Shown in pieces: positions 49,206 through 61,582 of a stretch of 64,000 nt of DNA. Position numbers and translations under genes: made by a program. The stretch lies in NCBI GenBank assembly GCA_024137785.1, contig JAHRHZ010000144.1, forward strand, positions 15,961,819 to 16,025,818, given 5' to 3'. The DNA is from Ginglymostoma cirratum (taxonomy: Eukaryota). Within the stretch, counting starts at the first letter, position 1, and each line of letters begins with the position of its first letter. The notes beneath the pieces are model-generated. The model did not search any database and had not been told where the DNA came from. It was given only the letters and a program-made list of their open reading frames with translations.

Positions 49206-50229
49206 GAGTAGTAAAATATCATAATGTCCTTCATGAAGTAATTTCAAATAAAACCAAACGCAAAGCTACGTGAAAGCATTAAGGCAGGTAGTCTAAGAGG
49301 TAGGTCTTTAAGAATTGTTGTAAATGAGGAAAGTAAGGGAATCTCAGTCCTTAGGGACCAAGCAGCTAAAAACAGAGTGACCCCATGGTGAAGCCAATAA
49401 CCTCAGGAATGCTAAAGAGGCCAGAAATGAGACAATTGTGAGGTTGGACAAGATTACAAAGATAGTGAGGGGTATTACCATTGCAGTATTTAAAAAAAAA
49501 ATACTGTTTAGCTAAGATCCAAGCAAAGGGGTACTCAACAAACAGAACTTGGTGTGAGGAATGATACCAGTAGTTGAGTGGATGTTATGGGATGTGGGAT
49601 TTAAGCTAGGAGTATGTTGTAATAGTCAAAACTGGCAGTTTCAGCAGCAGAGGAGCTGAGTTGGGGTAAGGTTAGGCAATATTAAAGATGTGGAAATGAA
49701 AGAGTTTAGTCATAGAATGTGAACTAAAAGTAAAACCTTTCTAAATTGCTGCTTCAGTTCTCATTGATCCTTCAGGGTTGTTCTTGAATTCTGACGCTTC
49801 ATGCATAGTTTCATAGTTCCTTTACAATGATTAGGTGTCCCATCTTCAGATATTAATTAAGGGACAAATATTGTCCAGAACACTGGGACAACTTTTCTGC
49901 TTTTCTTTGAAATAGTGTCGGGGATATTTTACCCTGACCTGAGAGAGTAGCTGATACATCAGTTTAACATTTGTCAACTCATTGAACAGTGCAGCACTCT
50001 CTCAATACAACACTGAAGAGTCAGGTTAGACCCTCTGTTCTATCACAGGATTGGGCACTAAAACTAAGAATAACGATTCACTTAAGACAGTGTGAGGAGA
50101 TTCCGGTTTAAATTTAAAGGCATAATTCACGAACTGGACGTGAACAAATGGTTCATGTATATTAAAACACAATACAATGACTCTTGACAGTTCTGCTTTC
50201 CTGAATGTGTACAGATCTCTCAGAAGGTA

Positions 50230-51215
50230 TAAAACAGCAAGATGCCTCTTAGTAATGCCATAATTACAGGCTAATCAGTCTGACTTCAGCCGTGGGAAAT
50301 TATTGGAAAAATTCAAAGGGACAACGTAAATCATTGCTAGAGGCACAGTCTAATCAAAGCCAATCATTCCGTAATTGTTAAGGGATAGTTGTGTCTAATG
50401 ACCACAAGTTTTTTTCTTTATTGAGATAGTAATAAGGAGACTTAATGAAGGTAACTTGTTTAATGTAGTTTATATGGATTTCTACAAGGCTTTTGACAAA
50501 GACCCAAATGGCAAACAGGTCAATGAAAGAAAAGCTCATGGGCTCCAAAGCAAGTATTCATGTACAGTCGGATTTGGGTGTGCAGGTTCACAGATCACTG
50601 AAGGTGGCAGAGCAGGTAGGCAAAGTAGTCAAAAAGGCCTATAGCATGCTTGCCTTCATTGGAATGGGCATTGAGTATAAAGATAGCCAAGTTATGCTGC
50701 AACTTTATCGAATTTTAGTTCGGCCTCACTTGGAATATTGCATACAGTTCCGGATGTGGATGCTTTGGAGAAGGTACAGAAAGGTTTACCAGAATGTTGC
50801 CTGGTATGGGGGATTTTAGCTATGAAGACAGGTTAGATAGACTGGGTATGTTTTCACTGAAAAGCAGAAAGCTAAGGGGCAACCTAACAGAAGTTAATAA
50901 GATTGTGAATGGCATGGGTAGTGGAAAGTATGAGGCTTTTTCCCAGGGTGGTAGAATCAATTACTAGAGGACACAGGTTCAAGGTGATGGGGAGAAGTTT
51001 AAAAGAGATGTGTGACGCAAGTTTTTCACAAAGGGTGGTGAGTGCCTGGTACGCATAGCCAGAGGAGGTGGTGGAAGCAGACAGAATAGCAGCATTCAAG
51101 AAGCACCTGGACAAATACTTGAATAGGAAGGGAATAGAGGGATATGGATCCTGTAAGAACTTGCAGGGCCGAAGGGCCTGTTCCTGTGCTACATTGTTCT
51201 TCTTCTTTGTTCAAA
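50230..51215 (+). mobile_element. Decayed CR1 RT fragment
   Basis: VVYMDFYKAFDK, DLGVQVHRSLK and LYRILVRPHLEYC. Confidence 0.85.
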
Positions 51216-53164
51216 ATGGCAAGTTAGGTCTAAAATTGGCTCAGACATAGGAATTGAAATATTATGTTTGATGAATGTTTTCAGTGGGACTCCCCAGAGC
51301 TCGGTACCATGCTGTTACTGATGTATTGATGTATATTGATGACTTAGACTTAAATGTAGGGAGCATAGAATCGTAAAGCAATAGAAAGATTACAGCACGA
51401 TGGAAGACCTTTGTTTGGTCAAGTACAGGTTGACTCTTTTCAAGAACAATGCAGCTAGTCCCATTCTTCCCTTTCTCCATGGCCATACAAATTGTTTCTC
51501 TTCAAATAATTAGCCAATATTCCCCTAATAGCCACAATTAAATCAGTCTCCACCAGGATTTCAGGCCATGCATTTCATATGGAGACTGACATTAATGTGT
51601 GTGCATTAACTTCATTGAATATATCACATAAGCAAAAACAAAAGTGAGATACAAATCTTTACAATTGCTCAAAGATTTTTTAACACACTTAAAAAAGGAA
51701 TACAACGTAGCAGCAGGCCCTACACTGAAACTGTATTAAAATCCATAAAATTCAGTCTCCTCCTCATGTTAAGAACCAAGTAACACATTCCAATCTTCTT
51801 CTTGAATTGCGTCAAGATCTTCATCAGCGACTGAGTCATCATTGGCAGTTACATTTTTATAAATAGCCATCTTTTGTGTTATCACAATGGATATCTCATT
51901 CTTTGGAATGATTTTGTGACAGTCTCAGTTCTGATGCTTTATTTCAGTGTGAAATGATAATAAATACAAAGAGTTGGGATTGGGATTTTCTGTCAAAAGA
52001 TGGGGGCTAATGTTTACTCAGAATTGCTATTTCTGAACTACACATGATACAAAACAGTAGTTAGGTCCATTATTACCAGGATGGAGGAGAACTGCTAAAA
52101 TCCCAGCCCCGTTCCCAATCATTCATAATAGACGCATTGATAAGAGGAGGATGTGTTTATGTTCTTAACCCCAGAACATGTGGAAGATTAAAAAATCAGC
52201 AGCAGGCTTTTTGAGAGTTTAAATAAAGAAGATATTTATTTAAGCACTCACTCAAGGTCTAACATGACAACATCTGTTTGCACAAACACACAGACACGCA
52301 AACACACACACTCACTCAAGGAAAGAACAGTTGAAGAGTATAGTGCAGTTTTACGAGTTATGCAGACGTTAGTAATTCACGTTTTTGTCTTCTTCTAGAA
52401 AATCTGGTTGCAGGCATGAAATATCAAGTGATGAAATGTGGTTTCGGGTGGATTTGACAGCCAAGGTCTTAGGCCAAGGCATTTTAAGGATTTTCTCAAA
52501 GAGATGGACTGTCTGCACATCACAAAGCTAATTCCTTGTTGTGTGGGCACGAGAGGGTCTGTGTGTTGTATTGCTGGATAAAAGAGAAGTTTATATGTAG
52601 ATTTAGGTTTTATTGGCACGTATGCTTAAGAACAGGGATGCAGGAGTACAGTGAAAAATGTATGATGGTGCCATTCCTGATGCCAACGTAGATATAAAAA
52701 TAGAAAAAGAAAGAAATAAGTTAAAAAGTTCAACACTACGGTATCGTCAGCTACTAAGCCATCGATTGTCACTTCGCCACTGACCACCATATGGGCTCAC
52801 ACTGGTCTCCAGCAGCTGCCACGCTCTGTCACTGCAGCTTCCTCCATGACCAAGGGCTCTCCAGCAGGTAAGTAAAGCAAAAACTAAAAACAATAAAAAA
52901 AGAGAAAAGAAGAAAAAAAACAGATTGAATGGATGAGACCTAGGCTCATGAGTCCAGATGCTGCCGACTCCACCATTCCCATCTTGAAACGAATAGGCTT
53001 AAAGACCTTATAATAATACAGATCCTACTTCTTAAGACATTAGATGTTGATACCCTTTCTGTTGTCGCTGTGTCTTACTTTCTGGAGTCAGTTTAAAGTA
53101 TCCAAAGGGACAAACACAGCAGTCTTATATTGGGACTGCCTAAAATGCAGATTTTATTTTATCA

Positions 53165-53415
53165 GAGGATCCTAAAATTATGGAAACACACCAACCCTCC
53201 AAAGAGCATCCCACCCAACCCCACCCCATTTCTGCAGCTAACCCACATACCGCTGGATACTATGGGCAATTTAACATGGCCAATCCACCTAAACCATACA
53301 TCTTTGGACTGTGGGAGGAAACCAGAGCAAACCCACACAGACAGTCACCCAAGGCTGGAATTGAACGCAGGTCCCTAATGCTGTGAGGCAGCAGTGCTAA
53401 CCACTGAGCCATCAT
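53165..53415 (-). mobile_element. HE1-like V-SINE
   Basis: tgtgaggcagcagtgctaaccactgagcca (head complement) and tttggactgtgggaggaaacc. Confidence 0.75.
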
Positions 53416-53649
53416 ATAGTGGAGGCTTTCAGATGATTGACTTTAGCCTGGTTTATTCTTTGAAAATATTCATCTTGAACCAGAGGGAGGGTAATGTTTA
53501 AGACGATCATCTACTTTGTTTCAAAAAAGACCCATTCAGTTTGGGCATACCTCTGAATAGTCTCAGGATATAACACGTTTTTGTCTGGGATGTGTCATTT
53601 TGTCTCTGTTGGCAGCCATCAGTTTTTAAATAAAAGCAAAATACCTTGG

Positions 53650-53915
53650 ATGCTTGAAATATGAAGGAAAATGCAGAAAACACTGGCATCTGTGAAAAAG
53701 GAAACTGAGTTAACCTTTCGAGCCACACTTCTTCAGAACAGGCATCTGTGAGGCTTCTAGGGTGGAGATAGGGAAGATCAAATTCCCTTGACAGAAAGTT
53801 TAGTAAGGTTCTGAAGACCTGTCATATTAGACTCGAACCATTGACTCTTTCTGTCTCCACAGATGTTGCCAGGCTTGCTGAGTTTCTTCAGAGCTTTCTG
53901 CACTTATTTCAGTTT
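53650..53915. mobile_element. Decayed family 2 Penelope-derived palindrome
   Basis: cttcttcagaac ... gttctgaaga...ctccacagatgttgccagg inverted arms. Confidence 0.55.
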
Positions 53916-55204
53916 TTAAACCTGTAAATCACCTGACATTTGGTGGCTGTCTTTGCAGCTAATTTCAAACAGAAAAGGTTTACTTAAAAAAAAAGCTAAT
54001 TTCAAAAAGAAAAGGTTCATTTTAAAAAAAACCCCACATTGTGTTAAGATTATTTTAGCAGATTATATTAGCAGAGACGAAAGGCTGAATAGGCCGGTGC
54101 TGTTTTCTGCAGAAAAGAAGGGGCTGTGTGATTTTTCAAACTTTCCTGGTTCAATGGCTGGAATGATTCTTGAGTTAGCAGATCCCATCTTGGGATTGTT
54201 GGAACGGTTCCATATTCTGATTGCCAGCATTGACCCTGGACTTTTTAGAACGCTGCAAATCATCTCATTTAGTCACTTACAAATGCTTCAAAATTAAAAA
54301 TTAAAATTAAAACTCCTATTCAGGTACCAGGATTGGCATTTAAATCCCTGTGGGCTGTCTGTGGCAGAGACCCACATTAATTGCTCTGTCCCAAGATATC
54401 ACTGCACTGTGGGGAAAATCTGATGAATCACAGTTCATGGATAAATTGTACAGCGACTGAACAATGAAAAGAGGGCAAGAAATCTGAGGTAGAGGTTAGT
54501 CAGGCCTGACTCTGAAAGGCATTGAGAGTTACTTTTATTTTATTTTAATTGAGAGACTCCATGTAGTGGTTTGGCATGTTGATTCCCCTGTGGATTTTGA
54601 TTCAGTCTAAATATTATATCCGCCTTTTATAATTGAGGCTGCAGTGGGAAGCAATTTTTGGCTTCTGTTGTCTTCCTGTCAGAATTCTGTTTGAAATCAC
54701 ATCTTGTGCACAGGCTGCTGTATCTCACACAATTATATTTTGAGCTTGCAATTAAGACAAGCAGCTGAGTGCCAGCGGAAGTCATTTTGTAACGCTTACT
54801 GGGTGAAAGGGGCACAGGCTCACGGGCATCCTTGCAGCTTGACAACCTATCGGTATAGTCAGGCCTTTTGAATAGACTGTGGCCGGGGAAGGTTTGGGGT
54901 GCCGAATCAGGTCTGCATTTGAGTATTCAGCCTCTTTGCAGCATTCAGTGGATAAAAGGGAATAATTCAGAGCTCTCTAGCATTCACGGTCTCATGGGAG
55001 TCACGGGGCCTGAATTATGCCACTTCAGCTGAAACCTTGCCTCCAGTTTCTTTTGTTGTCATGTGATTTCGTGAAGGATGTTTGGCATGTGCGATTACAT
55101 CAAAGAGATACGGCTAAAGTCTGAAGAATTTTCCACGTGTTCTCTATTAGCATTGCACAATGTACATTTTGGTGAAACACAAGTTGTTTCTCTCTTCAGT
55201 CTTT

Positions 55205-55480
55205 CAATAAATTTAAAAGGCATCTGGATGGGTATATGAATAAGTAGGATCTAGAGGGATATGTGCCAAATGCTGGCTAATGGGACTAGATCCGTTTGGG
55301 ATAGCTGGTCAGCATGGACAAGTTGAACTGAAGGGTCTGTTTCCATGCTGTATGACTCTACGACTCTACAACAGATCAGAGAGTTATAGAGATGTACAGC
55401 ATGGAAACGGACTCTTTGTCCATGCCAACCCAGGTATCCCAAATTAATCTAGTCTCATTTCCCAGCATTTGGCCCATATA
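55205..55480. mobile_element. Two CR1 3' ends, tail to tail
   Basis: Plus-strand tail ending gactctacgactcta at ~55368, then a minus-strand tail from ~55378. Confidence 0.7.
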
Positions 55481-55799
55481 TTCATGGCATTGTCATTCAA
55501 ATAGCTTCCTAAGTACATGACTATACTTCTGAAGAAAGGATTTACATTTGGTATATGCCACCCATGACTCTTCTGCTATCTCTCAGTCCTTGTGTTCTCA
55601 ATGTAAGGCATTGCCACTGAGAATCCTGTGCCCAGTTACTGCTGGAATGCCAGACATTGCAGCAGCTTTAAAAGGGCAGGGATGCCTGCCAGAGCCAGGG
55701 CTGATGTCAAGCCCTAGAGTAGCTGGAGCTTACTGCAGTGGACAAAGGAGGGTCCAGCTCAGGGAGACATCACTGCCATGGGATGCCAGGGATCAGCAG

Positions 55800-56560
55800 G
55801 AGGACCAGTGTTTTACAGCCCTGACTCCCGGGAATGAATGAGGCACAGTGCTTAAGCAGGCTGTATATCCCGGGACAGTGTGACAGAACTGCAACGGATA
55901 CTGGAGCAATACCTGGAGGGCTGTAGGAGTGGGAGGCTGTCCTCTCTTGGTGAAAGTGACTACTGCTCTGAACATCCCCGTGTCTGGCTCCTTGCAGGGA
56001 GTTGTGGGAGAGCTGTGTGGGATCTCTCAGCCCTGAGCCTGCGAATGTGTCAGGGCAGTGAGTGATGGCGTATGTGCAAGGTCACGTCAGTTCAGTTGGT
56101 TCCCCGATGAGGGGATCAGTGCTGCAGCCCAGGCAGTGGGATTTGGGAGCATAACTGGCTTTCTTCGGGTGCTGGATGCCATTAAGGGCACACATCATTA
56201 GCGCTTCCTTCGGGCCTGTGCTCGCTCTCCCCCCACCCCCACCCCAACCCCTGTAGCTGCTATGGCTTTTACATTCTGCAGCAGTCTGGCATATTTGATG
56301 CATTTGAGGATTTAGGTGCTGTACAGGAGATATCCACAGTGGCTATAGTGCATGACACCATTGCACAACTCGTTCCAAACCACACACCCCCCAACCCGGT
56401 CCCAGGCAGCACAGATACAATACCAGCCATGCCTCGAACAGGGCCACGGTGAAGCCGAGGGTAGGGGTGCTGCAGATAAACTGCTTCCGCTGCATGGACC
56501 GGTGTGGTGCGGGGGCTACAGACCTTGCAGTACAATCCTGACCGAGTAGCCGCATCTGCT
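55800..56560 (+). pseudogene. Decayed PIF/Harbinger (HARBI1-like) transposase, 5' part
   Basis: VKVTTALN..SGSLQG..GELCGISQ (55941-56033), GFLRVLDAIKGTH (56157-56195), RYNTSH...FRCMDR and LQYNPDRVA, across several frames. Confidence 0.8.
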
Positions 56561-56980
56561 CATGTTCCAACAGAGTGCAGCGATGATGCTGATTGGTCGG
56601 TCGGGGCAAAGATTTGCGTTGGCGCAGTCACTACTACCAAACAGGGGTTTGTGAAGGGAAGTATTGTCAAGGGGCAGTTAGACTTACCCCCACTCACCCT
56701 GCAAACACTACTTCAGTGTTTCTCCCTCCCTCCTTCTCCAATGAAAAAAAAAAAGCCGCTATGAAGACCACAAGTAGCAGAGTGAGTATAAACCTACTGG
56801 AGCTCGGGGCACATTGTAGCTGTGAGGAGAAAGCCGGGGTGACGTCACAGAGATGCTGTGGCCTGATTCACTGGTAGGAAATCTGCACTAAATTTGAAAA
56901 AGAACACAGCAAAGAAGTATCGATAAACTTAATTGACTCAATAAAGTAATTAACTCAATAAAGTAATTAACTAAGTAGAA

Positions 56981-57924
56981 ATGGCTGGACAGGTGGTGTG
57001 TTGTAGCTGTATGATGTGGGAGCTGGCTGATCCCATTGCGAACGGTGGTGACCACATCTGCAGCAAGTGTTGGTTGCTCGAGGAGCTCCGGCCCAGAGTT
57101 GATTAGCTGGAATTTGAACTTCAAACACCGCGGCACATCCGGGAAGGGGAGAAGTACCTGGACACTGTGTTTCAGGAGGCAGTCACACCTGGTAGATTAA
57201 GTACTTCAAATTTGGTCAGTGGCCAGGGACAGCAGGGTGTGACTGTATGTGAGGCAGGTAGAGGGACCCTCCAGTCTGGAACAGAGGAGCCTCAGCTCTT
57301 GACCTTGTCCAACAGGTATGACGTACTTGCTCCCTGTGTGGATGAGGAACAGAGCTGCAGGGAGGATGAGCCAACTGACCGCTGCACTGTGGTACAGGAG
57401 GCCATTCAAAAGTGGGGAGCAAAAAGACAAGTGATAGTTGTAGGGGATTCTATAATGAGGGGGATAGATAGTATCCTTTGTAAGCAGGATCGAGAGTCCC
57501 GCTTGGTGCGTTACCTGCCTGGTGTCAGGGTTAGGGATATCTCTGACCGGCTTGAAAGCGGGAGGGGGAGGATCCAGTTGTTGTGGTCCACGTTGGAACA
57601 AACAACATTGGCAAGACGAGGAAAGAAGGCCTGTTCAGGGACTATCAGGAGTTAGGAACAAAATAAAAGGGCAGGTCCTCAAGAGTTATAATCTGATTAC
57701 TGCCCAAGCCACGTGCTAATTGGCATAGGGACACGAGAATAAGGGAAGTAAACACGTAGCTAAAAGAGTGGTGTGGGAAAGAGGGGTTCCTTTTCATGGG
57801 GCTTTGGCATCAGTATTGGAACAGGAGGGATCCGTACCATTGGGACGGTTTCCACCTGAATAGAGCTGGGACCAATGTTCTAGCGAAAAGGGTAAATAGG
57901 TTGGTCAACAGGACTTTAAACTAG
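56981..57924 (+). pseudogene. CR1 ORF1 (zinc finger, coiled coil, SGNH esterase)
   Basis: MAGQVVCCSC...HICSKC, VIVVGDS, HVGTNN and DGFHLN; contains stops and frameshifts. Confidence 0.85.
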
Positions 57925-58179
57925 AAAGTGGTGGGTAAGGGAGTGGTGAAGCTTGCCCCAGTGGGAAACAAAGCAGCAGGTTTACATTAGTAGGAGTAGA
58001 TTCCACTGTGTGAAAAAAATATGAAAAAATTGACAGGAAAGGAGAATTCAGGTGAGGTTGTTAAAGTCTCCAGCATGGACCCAGATAGGACAGAGTGTTT
58101 GGAAACAGTTAGGAATCAAAACTTCAAGCACACTGGTTAAAGGGATGACAATGAGAAGAGGGATGATTAATACTGATTG

Positions 58180-60962
58180 GACTGAAGGTGTTATATCTGA
58201 ATGCAAGCAGAGAAATAAGGTAAATAAGATTGTGACGCAGATCGAAATTGGCAGATATGACATGGTGGGCATCACAGAGACATGGCTGCAAGGGGTCAGG
58301 ATTGGGAGCTGAATATCTCAGGATATCAATCTTATTGAAAAGACAGGCAGGGGAGCAGAGGGGGTGGGGTTGCCTTCTCAGTAAGAGATGAAATTAAATC
58401 AATAGCAAGAAACAAAGTATGGTCATATGGTGTAGAATCTATGTGAGTAGAGTTGAGGAATCGCAGAGGTGAAAAAACCAAAGTTGGAATTATGTACAGG
58501 CCTCCAAATAGTAGTCAGGAGCTGAGGTACAAGATACACCAGGAGATAGAAAAGGTGTGTAAGAAGGGCAAAATTACGGGAACCATGGGGGATTACAATA
58601 TGCAGGTGGACTGGGAAAATCATGTTGACAGTGAATTGCAAGAAAAGGAATTTATGGAATGTCTATGGGATGACTTTTTGGAGCTGCTTGTGGTGGAGCC
58701 CACTAGGGAACAGGCAATACTGGATTTAGTGTTGTGCAATGAGGCAGACTTGATGAGGGATCTTAAGGTGAAGAAACCCTTAGGAAGCAGTGACCATAAT
58801 ATAATTGAAATTACTTTGCAATTTGAGAGGGAGAAGATAGAATCAGAGGTGATGGTATTACAGTTGAATAAAGACAACTACAGAGGCTTGAGGGAGGAGA
58901 TGGGTGGAATTCACTGGAAGAAGAGACTGGCAGGAAAGAGAGTGGAACAGCAATGGCAGGAGTTTCTAGGAATAGTTCAGGAGACATAGCAAAAATTCAT
59001 CCCTAGGAAAAAGAAGCGTGGTACAGGAAGGATGAGGCAAGCATGGCGGATTAGGGAAGTCAGGAATACCATAAAAGCAAAAGAGAAAGCATATAATGTG
59101 GCGAAGGGCAGTGGGAAACCAGATGATTGGGAAGCTTACAAAGACCAACAGAGGGCAACAAAAAAAGAAATAAGGAAGGAGAGGATTAAATATGAGGGTA
59201 AGCTAGCCAGTAATATAAATAAAGACTGTAAGAGTTTCTTCAGATATATAAAGGACAAGAGAGAGGCAAAAGTAGACATTGGACTACTAGAAAATGGTGC
59301 GGGAGAGATAGTAGTGGCCAATAAGGAAATGGCTGAGGAAGTGAATAATTACTTTGTGTCAGTCTTCAGTAGTAGAAGACACGAAAAATATCTCAAAACT
59401 TCAAGACAGTCAGGGTGCAGAGCTGAGTATGGCGGCCATCACCAAGGAGAAAGTGCTCGTAAAACTGATGGGCCAGAAGGTGGATACATAACGTGGACCA
59501 GATGGACTATACCCCAGAATTCTAAAGGAGATAGCTGAAGGCATAGTGGAGGCTTTACTGGTGAACTTTCAGGAATTGCTAGAGTCAGGGGCGGTCCCAG
59601 AGGACTGGAAAATCGCTAACGTGACGCCCCTGTTTAAAAAGGGAGTGAGGCAAAAGACGGAAAATTACAGGCCGATTAGCCTAACCTCGGTCGTGGGTAA
59701 GATTTTGGAGTCCATTGTGAAGGATGAGATTTCTGAATACTTGGAAGTGCATGGCAAAATAGGGCAAAGTCAGCATGGTTTCATCAAGGGGATGTCATGC
59801 CTGACAAATCTGTTAGAATTCTTTGAAGAAGTAATGAGCAGGTTAGACCAAGGAGAGCCAAAGGATGTTATCTACTTGGACTTCCAGAAGGCCTTTGACA
59901 AGGTGCCGTACAGGAGGCTGCTGAGTAAGATAAGGGCCCAAGGTGTTAGAGGCAAGATACTAGCATGGATAGATGATTGGCTGTCTGGCAGAAAGCAGAG
60001 AGTGAGGATAACAGGGTCTTTCTCAGGATGGCAGCCAGTGATAAGTGGTGTTCAATAAGGGTCAGTGTTGGGACCACAACTTTTCACTTTGTACATTAAT
60101 GATCTTGATGAAGGAACTGTGGGCATTCTGGTTCAGTTTGCAGATGATACAATGATAGGCAGAGGGACAGGTAGTATTGAGGAGGTGGTGAGGCTGCAGA
60201 AGGATTTGGACAGGTTAGGAGAGTGAGCAAAGAGGTGGCAGATGGAGTAAAACATGGGAAAGTGTGAGGTCATGCACTTTGGTAAGAAGAATAAAAGCAT
60301 AGACTATTTTCTAAATGGGGAGAAAGTTCAGAAGTCTGAAGTGCAAAGAGACTTGGGAGTTCTAGCCCAGCATTCTCTCAAGGTAAACTTGCAGGTTGAG
60401 TCAGTAGTTGGGAAGGCAGATGCAACTTTGGCATTTATTTTGAGAAGACTTGAATATAAAAGCAGGGATGTACTTCTGAAGCTCTATAAGGCTCTTGTCA
60501 GGCCACATTTGGAGTAGTATGCGCTGTTTTGGACCACATACCTCAGGAAGGATGTACTAGCCCTGGAGCAGGATCAGAGGAGGTTCACGAGAATGGAAAG
60601 CTTAACTTATGAAGAATGTTTGAGGGCTCTGGGTCTATACTCGATGGAGGTTAGAAGGATGTGGGGGGGGAATCTAATTGAAACTTACAGAATACTGAAT
60701 AGCCTGTACAGATGTTGGGAAGATGTTTCCATTGGTAGGAAAGACTAGGAGCCGAGGGCACAGCCTTAGAGTAAAGGGAAGACCCGTTAGAACGGAAATG
60801 AGGGGAAACTTCTTCAGCCAGAGAGTGGTGAATCTATGGAATTCACTGCCACAGAAGGTTGTGGACGCCAGGCCATTGAGTATACTTAAGGTGGAGATAG
60901 ATAAGTTCTTGATTGTCAAGGGCATCAAGGGTTACGGGGAGAAAACGGGAGAATGGGGTTGA
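58180..60962 (+). pseudogene. CR1 ORF2 (APE endonuclease and RT)
   Basis: GITETWL, YRPP, MGDYN, ILDLV, SDH; NYRPISLTS, YLDFQKAFD, GSVLGP and FADD (60137-60148); multiple stops. Confidence 0.93.
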
Positions 60963-61046
60963 AAAACTTATCAGCCATGACTGAATGGTGAAGCAGGCTC
61001 GATGGGCTGAATGGCCTAATTTCAGCTCCTATGTCTTATGGTGTTA

Positions 61047-61245
61047 TGCTCTTTGCTATGCTCGACACTGTTGGAACAAACAACAAGATCATGTGCTGGA
61101 TACTGATAAACTGATGGAATGGGTGCAGTCTCCTGAGGAGGATGAGTACATCAAGGAGGAAGAAGATCTCCTTGACAATGACAGGGCTCAGTTCTGTCAG
61201 ACTCTACACGCCAGCCAGGACCTGACTGACATTCATTTCCAATAG
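61047..61245 (+). pseudogene. Harbinger transposase C-terminal remainder
   Basis: LCYARHCW...acidic EEDE tract...ASQDLTDIHFQ*, resembling the CCxLHN...acidic tail that follows LQYxPxRV. Confidence 0.6.
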
Positions 61246-61582
61246 CGGTAATGTCTTTGGACTAGTATGCCTGAACTCCAGGCAAATGTTCTGGAAACAT
61301 TGCTTCAGATCCCACCATGGCAGATAGTGAGATGTGATTCTGTAATTAAGAGTTAGCCTAAAGGTGACCATCTATCCATTGTTAATTATCGAGAAAATCC
61401 ATCTGGTTCACTAATGTCCTTTAGGGAAGGAACTCTGCTCTCCCTTACCTGGTCTGGCTCACATGTGACTCTGGACCCACGGCAATTTGTTGATTCTTAT
61501 CTGCCCTCTGGACAAGTTGGGAGGGGCAATGAATGCTGGTTCAGCCAGTGGGTCCCATATCCCACCAACGAATAAAAAAAAT
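61245..61582 (+). mobile_element. tRNA-derived SINE (20858 family)
   Basis: catctggttcactaatgtcctttagggaagg...ccttacctggtctgg...gaataaaaaaa. Confidence 0.7.

Larger units (their letters stand above)
56562..61046 (+). mobile_element. Near full-length CR1 LINE (~4.5 kb), inactivated
   Basis: 5' UTR, ORF1, APE-RT ORF2 and cctatgtcttatggtgttatg tail. Confidence 0.92.

Noticed and set aside
51975-52110. Harbinger-type MITE with gggatttt/aaaatccc ends
   Set aside because: The inverted match is too short and imperfect, and no TSD was confirmed.
55800-56560. Host HARBI1 gene
   Set aside because: Frameshifted, catalytic Asp position altered (AIKGTH), and interrupted by a LINE; it is a dead transposon copy.
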